Source: Alphaproteobacteria bacterium
Lineage (GTDB): Bacteria; Pseudomonadota; Alphaproteobacteria; Puniceispirillales; UBA1172
Reading direction: 5' to 3'
Assembly (NCBI GenBank): GCA_011522975.1
Contig: WTHX01000063.1
Span: 1-41,788 of the forward strand
Length of the DNA stretch: 41,788 nt
The position numbers and the translations under genes are program-made. Numbering within the stretch: position 1 is the stretch's first letter; each line of letters begins with the position of its first letter. A model generated the notes under the pieces. It saw only the letters and a program-made list of their open reading frames with translations, made no database searches and had not been told where the DNA came from. This document shows, piece by piece, positions 1-9,713 of this stretch.

Positions 1-1
1 A

Positions 2-361
2 GATGAAACCATATCAATCTGGTTTTGCCGGTTTCAACCGGGCGCTGTGGTGCCGCCCCATGACCATCAAATGTCGGCGACGATCGGTGTTTATCAAGGC
101 ACGGAACAGAATGACCTTTATGATCGTGATGAACAGGACCTGCCTGTGTTGAAATCCAGCACGGCAATACCCGCCGGTCAGGTGGTGCAGATTGCTGAAA
201 ATGCCATCCATGGCGTCACCTGCACCAGTGATGAGCCATCCGAGGCCCTGCATGTTTATTTGGGCGCATTGACCACGGTTGACCGCTCGATCTTTGATAT
301 GGCGGCGGGGCAAGAAATGCCTTTTACCGAAGACAATTACAACATGTTGATCAGCCGGTAA
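2..361 (+). CDS. Small cupin-fold (double-stranded beta-helix) metalloprotein, 5'-truncated by the window edge
   Basis: The frame is open from nt 2 (DETISIWFCRFQPGAVVPPHDH...), so the GTG at 47 in the ORF track is probably internal. The PPHDH ... G.E ... later IHGV arrangement resembles small metal-binding cupins. Convergent with the next gene, 11-nt gap. No HMM run. Confidence 0.5.
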   Translation, partial: DETISIWFCRFQPGAVVPPHDHQMSATIGVYQGTEQNDLYDRDEQDLPVLKSSTAIPAGQVVQIAENAIHGVTCTSDEPSEALHVYLGALTTVDRSIFDMAAGQEMPFTEDNYNMLISR

Positions 362-372
362 TTAGGCGTTGA

Positions 373-1260
373 TCAGCCTTCCATGCGGTAAAATTTTTGA
401 GCAGTGCTGCCAAAGACAGCATCATGCTGGTCTTCTGGGATGAGGGTTTTAAACGCCGTCATCAATCGGTTGTAATCAGAATATAAACGGTCGACAGGGA
501 AGTTAGACCCCACCATACAGCGGCCACTGCCGAAGGCGTCAAGGCAAGTGGTGACGATAGGGGCAAAGCGATCGGTTGTCCAATCATGGTCAAACATCCC
601 CAAGCCTGAAATCTTGCAAAAGACGTGCGGCAATTCCGCCAAGGGCCTCAGTTGATCCTGCCATTTCGCAATGCCTTCCGCGCTGCGATCATAGGGGCTC
701 CCGGCATGGCAAAGCGCAACGTTCAAATCAGGGGTTTTGGCCAATAAAGCCGCCATATCCGCCATAAATTCAGGGATTAATTGCAGATCAAAACTAAGCC
801 CGCGGCGGGCAAGTTCAGCCAAGCCTTCAGCAAAAGCAGGATTATTGATCAACGCATTTGTGCCTGTCTGGGCATCTTCTTCGGGGGCGCGTCCAACGAT
901 TTGGCGAATGCCCCTGACGCTGCCCAATTGTTGCAATTGATCAAGGGTTTGGTTCAGATCTGGCGCGGTTAAATCAGCAAAGGCAACTTGGACCAAAGGC
1001 CAGTCAGGGTTGGCTTTGGCCTGTTCATCGACCCATTGGGCTTCGGCTAAGCCGCTTTCCGCGCCGACTTGGATATGGACCGATCCTGAAAATCCTTCTG
1101 CCATAGCCATGGCGCGAAATTCATCAAGCAAGAAATCACGTTGAATTGGCTGAGGGTCACCGAAAAACCGTTTTTCACCCTTTGCCATTAACCACGGGTA
1201 ATGAACAGCCGATAAATCCCAAAGATGGTGATGCGCATCGATCCTATGAAAACGTGTCAT
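373..1260 (-). CDS. Amidohydrolase-2 family metal-dependent hydrolase, sugar-lactonase-like (L-fuconolactonase type)
   Basis: N-terminal IDAHHHLWD (HxH metal motif), then ALCHAG, CKISG and GSNFPVD, with the spacing expected for PF04909/COG3618 lactonases. I prefer ATG 1260 (MTRFHRIDAHHH) because it forms an ATGA overlap (1257-1260) with the stop of the upstream gene. The ORF-track start at 1314 adds 18 unconserved residues. Confidence 0.8.
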   Translation of the reverse strand: MTRFHRIDAHHHLWDLSAVHYPWLMAKGEKRFFGDPQPIQRDFLLDEFRAMAMAEGFSGSVHIQVGAESGLAEAQWVDEQAKANPDWPLVQVAFADLTAPDLNQTLDQLQQLGSVRGIRQIVGRAPEEDAQTGTNALINNPAFAEGLAELARRGLSFDLQLIPEFMADMAALLAKTPDLNVALCHAGSPYDRSAEGIAKWQDQLRPLAELPHVFCKISGLGMFDHDWTTDRFAPIVTTCLDAFGSGRCMVGSNFPVDRLYSDYNRLMTAFKTLIPEDQHDAVFGSTAQKFYRMEG

Positions 1261-2267
1261 GTGCGCGGCACTTTCGCCATACGGCCCAGAATATCCACCC
1301 CTTGCTGAAGCCAAAAATGCAACAGGTCAATAAAGATCCAGTTTTCAGTCAATTTATCGCCATCACGGCGATAGAGATCAATCACCCGCATATCGCCGGG
1401 CTTATCGCTGGCGGGCATGCCCATAAACCCGCCGGTTGGGGTAAGCGTTAGGTTCGGCCAGCCAAAAAACCCGCCGTAATGGCCTTCGGCAACCCGCGCA
1501 ACATGGCCGTTAAAAATGCGGTCTTTAAAGCCCGCGCGGAACGGCCCTGAATGTTGTTCGGCATAGCGTTCAATGGTGAAAGTCGCGCCAATCCCCGCCG
1601 GCCCCCACCAGACCATATCTTCATTCCAACTGCGGCGGAGTTCTTGAACCAAAGGTTCTTCCCTGCCGCCTTTCCATGTCTTGATGTCTTGCACCATATA
1701 ATCAATAGCAGCGATGGTCTTTTGCCCTTCTTCCGGCGGTTGTGGGTCCATCATGATGCCGTCATGGGTCATGGGCCCGGGCTGAATCATATGCGCGCCT
1801 GTTTGGGGCGGAAATGGATTAAGCCCTGCCTGCATCATCAAATGGGGAATATCAAAATACATGGCGGTTTCGGCAATCTTGCCATCAAACACGCGGTTAA
1901 ATTCAGCATAACGCAACATGGCGATCTTGCCGGTGGGGGCGATTCCCAACCACGGCTGATCAAACAGCCCCATCAGATGCCCCATGGAGACAACCCAAAC
2001 CCCGTCATCACCATCAAGAGTGTTATCCCCCGCCATGAAAATATCAAGGCGGCGTTGCATGGATGTGAGCGATGTTTTTAAAGGCGACCAAAATTCAGCC
2101 GCAACAGCCTCGGCGCCGTGCAATTCATTGAACGGGTGAAACCCCCGCCATTTGTAGTCAGGGCTAACAACCGCTTTTAATGCGTCTGAACTGCCTTTGC
2201 TATCGGCTTGATCAAGGGCTTTGTAGAAATCATGAACCAGTTTTTTTTGGGATTGATAATCAGTCAT
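1257..2267 (-). CDS. Tandem SnoaL/NTF2-like (ester cyclase-like) two-domain protein
   Basis: Two copies of the ester-cyclase signature: WLGIAPTGKIAMLRYAEFNRVFDGKIAE and GDMRVIDLYRRDGDKLTENWIFIDLLHFWLQQGVDILGRM. Paralogous in architecture to the ORF at 8667-9713. I prefer the internal ATG 2267 (MTDYQSQKK). The longer form (2372) would run through the palindromes in the divergent promoter region. Confidence 0.7.
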   Translation of the reverse strand: MTDYQSQKKLVHDFYKALDQADSKGSSDALKAVVSPDYKWRGFHPFNELHGAEAVAAEFWSPLKTSLTSMQRRLDIFMAGDNTLDGDDGVWVVSMGHLMGLFDQPWLGIAPTGKIAMLRYAEFNRVFDGKIAETAMYFDIPHLMMQAGLNPFPPQTGAHMIQPGPMTHDGIMMDPQPPEEGQKTIAAIDYMVQDIKTWKGGREEPLVQELRRSWNEDMVWWGPAGIGATFTIERYAEQHSGPFRAGFKDRIFNGHVARVAEGHYGGFFGWPNLTLTPTGGFMGMPASDKPGDMRVIDLYRRDGDKLTENWIFIDLLHFWLQQGVDILGRMAKVPRT

Positions 2268-2309
2268 TACAGCCTGCACCAAGATAATGGGATGATTTGA
2301 AATAATACC

Positions 2310-2372
2310 TTGCCAAGCCAAATTCACTATGTCTAGAATATTTGCATGCGTATGCAAATTTTTCATGCGCAT
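2310..2372. promoter_or_regulatory. Divergent promoter/operator region: TTGCCA-N18-TAGAAT followed by palindrome ATTTGCAT-GCGT-ATGCAAAT (2340-2359) and ATGCGCAT (2365-2372)
   Basis: Read directly from the sequence. The 8-bp inverted repeat lies immediately downstream of the putative -10, the classical repressor position. The only regulator gene in this operon is the LacI-family gene at 9710. No experimental or comparative support. Confidence 0.35.
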
Positions 2373-2399
2373 TCATAATTTGAAATGGGGAAGGCGCTG

Positions 2400-3449
2400 A
2401 TGGCTGAAATCCAGCTGCGTAATTTGTCGAAGCGATGGGGCAGTTTTGTGGGGGTTGATTGCTTCAACCTGACCATACCTGACAAAGAATTTCTTGTTCT
2501 TTTAGGGCCTTCTGGTTGCGGTAAAACAACCACCATGCGGATGATCGCAGGGCTTGAAGAAGCCACTGAAGGTGAGATTCTCATCGATGGTCAGCGCGTC
2601 AATGATCTGGAGCCTAAAGATCGTGATGTCGCCATGGTGTTCCAATCCTATGCGCTTTATCCGAATATGAATGTCTATGAAAATATTCGGTTTCCGTTGA
2701 AAGTTCGCGGAATTGACGCCGACTCCCATGATGCGAAAGTGCGCCGTGCCTCCGCCATGGTTGAGTTGGATGAGTTTTTGCACCGTAAGCCTGCTGAACT
2801 TTCAGGGGGACAGCGCCAGCGGGTGGCATTGGCCCGCGCCATCGTGCGTGAGCCTAATGTTTTTCTGATGGACGAACCGCTTTCTAACCTCGATGCCAAA
2901 TTGCGGGTATCAACACGGGCGCAGATCAAAAACTTATCCCATGAATTGGCGGTGACGACGATTTATGTCACCCATGATCAGATCGAAGCCATGACCTTGG
3001 CTGATCGTGTCGTTGTGATGGAAAAAGGCATTGTTCAGCAAGTTGGCACGCCAACGGAAATCTATGACAAGCCTGCCAATGCTTTTGTGGCCAGTTTTAT
3101 TGGCAACCCTGCCATGAATTTGATCAAAGGTCATGCCAAAGCAGGCGTTTTTACAGCGGAACATACCGCCATTAAAAAACTCAAAATTGATGACGGGGAC
3201 GTCACTCTAGGTTTCCGTGCTGAAGATGCTGAGGTGGTGTCCTCAAAAGGTGATATCACCGCCCCGATTTATTCGATTGAACTTTTGGGCGATGCCACCA
3301 TGGTCACCGTCCGTATTGGTGAGGCTTTGATCAGTGTGAAAGCTGACAAATCCTATCGTGCTGAAATTGGCGACACGGTTCATATCCATGTGCCTGTCGA
3401 TCATTGTCATCTGTTTGATGCTCAATCAGGTGAACGAATTGGGTCTTAG
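2400..3449 (+). CDS. ABC transporter ATP-binding protein, MalK/UgpC (CUT1 sugar-type) family
   Basis: Walker A GPSGCGKTT, signature LSGGQRQRVALARA, Walker B VFLMDEPLSNLD, H-loop YVTHD, plus a C-terminal TOBE-like regulatory domain. ATG 2400 (MAEIQLRNLSKRWG) has GGAAGG 7 nt upstream. ATG 2385 has no SD. Confidence 0.95.
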   Translation: MAEIQLRNLSKRWGSFVGVDCFNLTIPDKEFLVLLGPSGCGKTTTMRMIAGLEEATEGEILIDGQRVNDLEPKDRDVAMVFQSYALYPNMNVYENIRFPLKVRGIDADSHDAKVRRASAMVELDEFLHRKPAELSGGQRQRVALARAIVREPNVFLMDEPLSNLDAKLRVSTRAQIKNLSHELAVTTIYVTHDQIEAMTLADRVVVMEKGIVQQVGTPTEIYDKPANAFVASFIGNPAMNLIKGHAKAGVFTAEHTAIKKLKIDDGDVTLGFRAEDAEVVSSKGDITAPIYSIELLGDATMVTVRIGEALISVKADKSYRAEIGDTVHIHVPVDHCHLFDAQSGERIGS

Positions 3450-3521
3450 GCCCATGATGCCCCTTAACAGGGGACAACTGAATGTCAGTTCAATGGCATT
3501 CGCAAAAACAGGGAGTTGAAG

Positions 3522-4748
3522 ATGTTTTTGAAAAAACTAACCTTGGCCGGTGCTGCGATTCTGATGTCAGGATCAGCAATGGCCGCATGTAATATCGACG
3601 GTCGCGTCAGCATCGTTGGTAATGAATTCCCCGCCATTCACGCTGTGGCCGATGGGGCCAAGGCATGCTCAGGCGGTGAAGTGAAAGCAAACCTGACGGC
3701 TGATCACCAGAAGATCAATGTTGCTGGTATGACCGGCAACCCTGCTGAATACACGTCAGCGATTATCGCCAATTCATCCATCGTTGCATTGATGAACGAA
3801 GATGTTATTCGTCCATTGGATGATCTGGTGGCAAAGCATGGCCAGTCCTTAAAGCCAAACCAGTTGATCAAGATCAATGGTGAAGTTATGGCGGTGGCGT
3901 TCATGGCGAATGCTCAGCATTTGGTTTATCGTTCTGACGTGCTTGAAAAAGCAGGCATCCAGCCGCCAAAGACCTATGAAGACATGCTCGCAGGGGCTGA
4001 AATCATCCGCAGCAAAGGTCTGATGCAGTATCCTTTGGGTGGTGCTTATAAAGCAGGGTGGAACCTCGCACAGGAATTCACCAATATGTACATCGGTCAT
4101 GGTGGCGAATTCTTTAAGCCAGGCTCTGCTGAAGTATCCATCAACAACGCCCAAGGTGTTGCGACGCTTGAAATGCTGAAAGCGCTGAGCGGTTACATGA
4201 ACCCTGATTTCTTAACCCATGATTCAAACGCGACTTCTGCTGAATGGAAAGCAGGCAATGTTGCGATGATGAACATGTGGGGTTCACGCATGGGGCCATT
4301 GAAAGACCCTGAGCAGTCAACAGCCGAAGTTGTGGCGACAACAACATTGGCCGCGCCAATGACAGTTGGTGGTGGTTCAACCCCTGCAACAACCCTGTGG
4401 TGGGATGGCTGGACTGTGGCAAAGAACGTTTCAGACGCAGATGCAGAAGCCACATTCTTGGCCATGATGAACGGCATCAACCCAAATCGTCTTGATGATG
4501 AAATGGCACCGCTTGCTGTTTGGTTGATCGATGGCTATGAGCCAACACCAGCCGCTGTTGGTGTTTTTGCTGCCGCGAATATGAACGCGACACCATACCC
4601 AATGCTGCCATATCAGGGCCTTCTGCATACCGCCCTTGGTGCTGAAATCGTTGATTTCATGCAGGGCAAGGAAAGTGCTGAAAAAGCATTGGCTGATGTT
4701 GAAGCTGCCTACACAGCCGCTGCGCGTGAAAAAGGCTTCTTGAACTAA
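3522..4748 (+). CDS. ABC transporter periplasmic substrate-binding protein (family 1, carbohydrate/polyol type)
   Basis: Signal peptide MFLKKLTLAGAAILMSGSAMA. Length of about 408 aa and position in the operon fit a CUT1 SBP. GGGAG lies 6 nt before ATG 3522. The ORF-track start at 3516 is a TTG. Confidence 0.9.
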   Translation: MFLKKLTLAGAAILMSGSAMAACNIDGRVSIVGNEFPAIHAVADGAKACSGGEVKANLTADHQKINVAGMTGNPAEYTSAIIANSSIVALMNEDVIRPLDDLVAKHGQSLKPNQLIKINGEVMAVAFMANAQHLVYRSDVLEKAGIQPPKTYEDMLAGAEIIRSKGLMQYPLGGAYKAGWNLAQEFTNMYIGHGGEFFKPGSAEVSINNAQGVATLEMLKALSGYMNPDFLTHDSNATSAEWKAGNVAMMNMWGSRMGPLKDPEQSTAEVVATTTLAAPMTVGGGSTPATTLWWDGWTVAKNVSDADAEATFLAMMNGINPNRLDDEMAPLAVWLIDGYEPTPAAVGVFAAANMNATPYPMLPYQGLLHTALGAEIVDFMQGKESAEKALADVEAAYTAAAREKGFLN

Positions 4749-4759
4749 AACCATATCCT

Positions 4760-4797
4760 TCAGGAAGGGGTTCTCCCCTTCCTGAGTCCAGTTTTTT
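4760..4797 (+). terminator. Intercistronic stem-loop after the SBP gene (11-bp perfect stem, 4-nt loop, distal T6 run)
   Basis: TCAGGAAGGGG-TTCT-CCCCTTCCTGA (4760-4785), then GTCCAG and TTTTTT (4792-4797). It sits between the SBP and permease genes. Hairpins there commonly give partial termination or mRNA stabilisation, raising SBP expression over the membrane subunits. Confidence 0.45.
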
Positions 4798-4812
4798 AAG
4801 GCGCATCCAACA

Positions 4813-5838
4813 ATGAAACACAGTTCATTTTTCTGGTTCATTCTGCCAACAGCAACAGCCATGTTGTTGTTTATTGCGCTGCCTATTATTTCTGTTTTGA
4901 TACAATCGGTGCATACCCCTCATGATGCGGTTTTGATTGAAACTGAAAATTGCGGTCCTTTTGGCTGCACCACCGCCACGACGATTGACCAAGAGGCAAC
5001 CCGCGCGTTACGCGATGAAAAGCCTTTGGGTAAATTTGTTGGGCTGGATATTTATTTTGATCGTGGGCATTTGGCGATTGATGAAGTGGCTGAAACCTGG
5101 GCCAATGCCGATAGCCTTGGCCAGTTTTTTTCTGATTTGAACAATCTGCCATTTTATCGGGCGATGGCTTTTACCTTGACCTTTACCTTTTCGGTGACGC
5201 CATTGATGCTGGTCTTTGGGTTGATGATCGCCTTGGGTGTGAACGCCTTGCATCAACGCATCAAAGGGGTGCTGATCTTCTTTTCATTATTGCCGATGAT
5301 CGTCTCCCCGTTGATCGGGTCATTGGTGTTGTTCTGGATGATCGACAGTCGCGGCATCTTTGGGTCGGCCTTGCAATGGTTATTTGATGATCCTGATTTA
5401 TCGCTGAAAGCCTCAACTGGGCTGACGTGGATCATGTTGATTGTTTATGGGGTTTGGCACGCCGCGCCGTTTTCGTTCATTGTATTTTACGCCGGCTTGC
5501 AAACCTTGCCGCAGGATACGCTGGAAAGCGCGCAAATTGATGGCGCGTCGCGCTGGCAACAGGTGCGCTATGTCATCGTTCCGCATTTGATGCCATTAAT
5601 CACTTTTGTTGCGTTGATCCAATTGATGGATAATTTCAGGGTGTTTGAACCGATTGTCGGGTTTAATTCCGAAGCCCATGCCGCGTCTTTATCGTGGTTT
5701 ATTTTTAACGATCTGGGTGGTGAAACGCGCTTGCTGTCTTCGGCGGCAACATCATCTGTGCTGACCATAATTGGGGTGTCGATTTTGCTGACCCCTGTTT
5801 TGATCCGCACCTGGCGCGATTTCAACGCAAAGAGTTAG
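4813..5838 (+). CDS. ABC transporter permease (MalF/UgpA-like, CUT1)
   Basis: Multiple hydrophobic spans. EAA-loop-like LESAQIDGASRWQQVRYVIVPHLMP. Confidence 0.9.
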   Translation: MKHSSFFWFILPTATAMLLFIALPIISVLIQSVHTPHDAVLIETENCGPFGCTTATTIDQEATRALRDEKPLGKFVGLDIYFDRGHLAIDEVAETWANADSLGQFFSDLNNLPFYRAMAFTLTFTFSVTPLMLVFGLMIALGVNALHQRIKGVLIFFSLLPMIVSPLIGSLVLFWMIDSRGIFGSALQWLFDDPDLSLKASTGLTWIMLIVYGVWHAAPFSFIVFYAGLQTLPQDTLESAQIDGASRWQQVRYVIVPHLMPLITFVALIQLMDNFRVFEPIVGFNSEAHAASLSWFIFNDLGGETRLLSSAATSSVLTIIGVSILLTPVLIRTWRDFNAKS

Positions 5839-5851
5839 TGAAGGTCTGATC

Positions 5852-6745
5852 ATGTCACAATCATACTCTTTAGCCATGAAACGTCAGCCGCTTGGCCTGA
5901 AACTTCTGATCTGGGGCTTTATCAGCCTATGGTTGGTGATCGCAGCCTTTCCATTTTTATGGACGCTTTGGGGTTCATTTAAAATGGAACCTGATTTCTT
6001 TTCCAAAGCAGATTGGTTTAATGCCATTTTAGCACCCCGCACCATCGAAGAACACGGCACGGCTTTTATTGGCGATGGCTATCATGGGGCATGGGTCCAG
6101 GAAGAATTTTGGAAAGCAGTCATTAACACAACCTTGGTCTGTTTCTTTGTGGTCTGCACGTCTTTGACGATTGGAACATTGGGCGGATACGCGTTATCGC
6201 GGTCAAGTTACCGCTATACATTTTGGCTGTTGATCACCGCATTGATCTTTCGGGCCATGCCGCCGATCACTTTGGTGGCGGGGTATCTTCTGCCGTTTTT
6301 TGAATGGAATTTATGGGGTCATTTGACCACAACGGTAATTGTGCTGGTGGCGATCAATCAGCCGTTTACGCTTTGGATGCTGCATAGTTTCTTCCAAAAA
6401 ATCCCGAAAGACCTGGACGAAAGCGCCAAGGTTGATGGCTGTACCCAGTTCCAAGCCTTCCGCCATGTGATTATCCCCGTGATGTGGCCAGGGGTCATCA
6501 CCACAGGGCTGTTTAGTTTCCTTCTGGCCTATAACGATTTTGCTGTGACCTCTATGTTGCTGTCGAAAGAAAACCAAACCATGGTGCCCAAAATTGCAAG
6601 TTTCCTTGGCACCACCCAGACCGAAGGCAATGTTATGTTTGCAGTTTCTGCGGTGGTATCGGCAACAGCACCGTTGTTCATTCTTGTATTATTTTTCCAA
6701 CGTCAGATTGTGTCAGGCCTGACCCAAGGCGCGGTGAAAGGGTGA
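5852..6745 (+). CDS. ABC transporter permease (MalG/UgpE-like, CUT1)
   Basis: Hydrophobic spans. EAA loop DESAKVDGCTQFQAFRHVIIPVMWPG. GTGAAGG lies 7 nt upstream of the ATG. Confidence 0.9.
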   Translation: MSQSYSLAMKRQPLGLKLLIWGFISLWLVIAAFPFLWTLWGSFKMEPDFFSKADWFNAILAPRTIEEHGTAFIGDGYHGAWVQEEFWKAVINTTLVCFFVVCTSLTIGTLGGYALSRSSYRYTFWLLITALIFRAMPPITLVAGYLLPFFEWNLWGHLTTTVIVLVAINQPFTLWMLHSFFQKIPKDLDESAKVDGCTQFQAFRHVIIPVMWPGVITTGLFSFLLAYNDFAVTSMLLSKENQTMVPKIASFLGTTQTEGNVMFAVSAVVSATAPLFILVLFFQRQIVSGLTQGAVKG

Positions 6746-6773
6746 TGGCTATGGCAATTACAGGAGCGGTACG

Positions 6774-7301
6774 ATGAAGGGTTCACGCCCCGAACAAGCG
6801 GTATTAAGCCGCGATACGGACTTGTCTAAAACAGATGAAACCCGCGCGGTAATCGAAGGCATGGTCGATGGCCTTAATGATCACCGTATTGATGATATTG
6901 GTCAGTTTTTTGCCGAAGGTTTTCGGTGGATGGGCAATACAGGTTGCGGCACAAAAGAAGGTCTGAAAGCCTTTCAAGACAATTGGCAGCGGCCATTCCA
7001 AGCCGCCTTTTCCGATAAAACCTGCATTGATGAAGCCCGCCTTTATATGGGGGAATGGGCGGCTGCTTTTGGCCGACAAGAAGCAACACATTCAGGTGAA
7101 TTTATGGGGATTGCCCCAACAGGAAAGAAAGTTGAAATCCGCTATATGGATTTCTGGAAAGTAGAAGACGGTAAAATTACCGACAATTGGGTCATGGTCG
7201 ACTTTCCCCATGTCATGGCGCAATTGGGCGTTGATGTGTTCAACGGCGAAGGCTGGGAAGCCTATGACCGCGGAGAACGCACCCCGCCATCTCCCGAATA
7301 A
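6774..7301 (+). CDS. Single-domain SnoaL/NTF2-like (ester cyclase-like) protein
   Basis: [46 protein letters not shown] matches the motif repeated in the three two-domain paralogs. GGAG lies 7 nt upstream of the ATG. Confidence 0.75.
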   Translation: MKGSRPEQAVLSRDTDLSKTDETRAVIEGMVDGLNDHRIDDIGQFFAEGFRWMGNTGCGTKEGLKAFQDNWQRPFQAAFSDKTCIDEARLYMGEWAAAFGRQEATHSGEFMGIAPTGKKVEIRYMDFWKVEDGKITDNWVMVDFPHVMAQLGVDVFNGEGWEAYDRGERTPPSPE

Positions 7302-7359
7302 AACGAAACATGAAGGGGGCCCCTACGGACTGACCCCAATAGAATTAGAGGATAATGTT

Positions 7360-8670
7360 ATGGCTATTGAGTATTTAAAGCGCAGTAAATCAGAAGCAGA
7401 AATTCGCGAGGATGACGCTAAAACGCGCGCCACGGTCGAAGCAACTTTGGCAGATATTGAAAAGCGCGGCGATGCAGCGGTGCGCGAATTATCCCAAAAA
7501 TTTGACAATTACGCGCCTGAAAACTTTCGCCTGTCGGCAAGCGAGATTGAAGCGGCGATGAATAAAGTATCCACCCGCGATATGGAGGATATTAAATTTG
7601 CCCAAACCCAAATCCGCCGCTTTGCCCAAGAGCAAAGAGCCAGCATGACCGATGTTGAGGTTGAAACGCTGCCGGGTGTTATTTTGGGGCATAAAAATAT
7701 CCCTGTGCAATCGGTGGGCTGTTATGTGCCGGGCGGCAAATTCCCCATGGTGGCGAGCGCCCATATGTCTGTTTTAACCGCATCGGTTGCAGGCGTGCCG
7801 CGGATTATCGCATCAGCCCCGCCCGTCAACGGGGAGCCGCATCCCGCGATTGTTGCCGCTATGGCCATGGGCGGCGCCCATGAAATCTATGTCATGGGCG
7901 GCATCCAAGCGGTGGGTGCTATGGCGATTGGCACTGAGACAATCGACCCTGTTCATATGTTGGTTGGGCCCGGCAATGCCTTTGTTGCCGAAGCCAAACG
8001 CCAGTTATACGGCCGTGTCGGGATTGACCTTTTCGCAGGGCCAACGGAAACCATGGTGATTGCTGATACTACTGTTGATGCTGAGATTTGCGCGACTGAT
8101 CTCTTGGGGCAAGCCGAACATGGCTATAATTCTCCGGCTTGCATGATCACCAATTCGCGGCAATTGGCTGAAGAAACGCTGGAAGAAATTGACCGACTTT
8201 TACAGATTTTGCCGACATCTGAAACCGCCAGCATCAGTTGGCAAGATTACGGCGATATGATCGTCTGTGACAGTTACGATGAAATGTTGGCGGTTGCCAA
8301 TGACATGGCCTATGAGCATGTTCAGGTGATGACTGATCGTGATGATTGGTTCCTCGAACAAATGCATTCCTATGGGGCGTTGTTCTTGGGCGCGCGGACC
8401 AATGTTGCCAATGGCGATAAGGTGATCGGCACCAACCACACTTTGCCGACGAAAAAAGCAGGCCGATATACGGGCGGCTTATGGGTGGGCAAGTTCCTGA
8501 AAACCCATTCCTATCAGAAAGTCATGACCGATGAAGCCGCGGCGATGATCGGTGAATATGGCTCACGTCTTTGCATGCTGGAAGGTTTTGTCGGCCATGC
8601 CGAACAATGCAATATCCGTGTCCGCCGCTATGGGGGCAAGAATGTACCTTATGGTGAGGCGGCCGAATGA
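7360..8670 (+). CDS. Histidinol dehydrogenase-family NAD-dependent dehydrogenase (HisD paralog, not in a his context)
   Basis: [34 protein letters not shown] and [13 protein letters not shown] are HisD-family (PF00815) hallmarks. 436 aa from ATG 7360 (GAGGA upstream). The ORF-track start at 7210 would overlap 92 nt of the upstream gene. Confidence 0.85.
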   Translation: MAIEYLKRSKSEAEIREDDAKTRATVEATLADIEKRGDAAVRELSQKFDNYAPENFRLSASEIEAAMNKVSTRDMEDIKFAQTQIRRFAQEQRASMTDVEVETLPGVILGHKNIPVQSVGCYVPGGKFPMVASAHMSVLTASVAGVPRIIASAPPVNGEPHPAIVAAMAMGGAHEIYVMGGIQAVGAMAIGTETIDPVHMLVGPGNAFVAEAKRQLYGRVGIDLFAGPTETMVIADTTVDAEICATDLLGQAEHGYNSPACMITNSRQLAEETLEEIDRLLQILPTSETASISWQDYGDMIVCDSYDEMLAVANDMAYEHVQVMTDRDDWFLEQMHSYGALFLGARTNVANGDKVIGTNHTLPTKKAGRYTGGLWVGKFLKTHSYQKVMTDEAAAMIGEYGSRLCMLEGFVGHAEQCNIRVRRYGGKNVPYGEAAE

Positions 8671-9713
8671 CATCAGCCAGCCATCAAGCCGATGTGATTA
8701 AACCGATACGGCAGGCCATGTATGCTTTTGAGGCATCGTCTGTTCAATCGGCTTTGGCGGCTGTGCTGGCGGCGGATGCAGAAATTCATCTTTGTCATCC
8801 TTTTGGGGATTGTCAGGGGGCGGATGATTATTACGCGACGGCGTATCAGCCGTTATTTCATGCGATCCCTGATCTTGAGCGCCGTGATCTGATTGTTATG
8901 TCAGGCCATGATGGTAAGAGCGATTGGATCGGGGCTTGCGGGTATTACGCCGGCAGTTTCATCCGGCCGTTTTTGGATATCCCGCCAACAGGCCATCATT
9001 GTGCCATGCGGTTTCATGAATTTTATCGCATTGAGGGTGGTCAGGTTGTTGAAATACAAGCGATTTGGGATATTCCAGAGATGATGATGCAGGCCAATGC
9101 TTGGCCAATGGCCCCATCATTGGGGCGGGAATGGCAAGTGCCTGGCCCGGCAACCCAAGATGGGCTTGCGCCGCGCCATGACCCTGAACGCGGTGAAAAG
9201 GCAAAACAAATCGTTATTGATATGCTGACTGACATGACACGGCATCCGTTAGAAGGCGATGCCAAGGTCATGAATCTTGACCGTTATTGGCATCCGCGCA
9301 TGACATGGTATGGCCCTGCAGGAATTGGAACAGCGCGTGGATTGGCAGGGTTTAGGCATTGGCATCAAATCCCGTTTTTAAACGCTATGCCTGATCGTAA
9401 AAGCGGGGCGGCGGTTGATCTGGATATTCATTTCTTCGGCGATGGCGATTATGTCGCTGTCACGGGCTGGCCAGATATGGCCATGACAATCACCCAAGAT
9501 GGCTGGTTGGGGATCGCGCCTTCAGGACAGTCAATCACCATCCGCAGTCTTGATTTCTGGCGGCTTGAAGGTGAGTTGATCCGAGAAAATTGGGTGCTGG
9601 TTGATCTCTTGGATGTTTATCGCCAATTGGGGGTTGATGTGCTGGGGCGGATGCGTGAATTCAACAAGGCCAGATCCATGGGTGAGATCAGTTTGGAGCA
9701 TGATTATCAATGA
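8667..9713 (+). CDS. Tandem SnoaL/NTF2-like two-domain protein (paralog of 1257-2267)
   Basis: [28 protein letters not shown] and [54 protein letters not shown] overlap with the HisD-like stop (8667-8670). Confidence 0.75.
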   Translation: MTSASHQADVIKPIRQAMYAFEASSVQSALAAVLAADAEIHLCHPFGDCQGADDYYATAYQPLFHAIPDLERRDLIVMSGHDGKSDWIGACGYYAGSFIRPFLDIPPTGHHCAMRFHEFYRIEGGQVVEIQAIWDIPEMMMQANAWPMAPSLGREWQVPGPATQDGLAPRHDPERGEKAKQIVIDMLTDMTRHPLEGDAKVMNLDRYWHPRMTWYGPAGIGTARGLAGFRHWHQIPFLNAMPDRKSGAAVDLDIHFFGDGDYVAVTGWPDMAMTITQDGWLGIAPSGQSITIRSLDFWRLEGELIRENWVLVDLLDVYRQLGVDVLGRMREFNKARSMGEISLEHDYQ

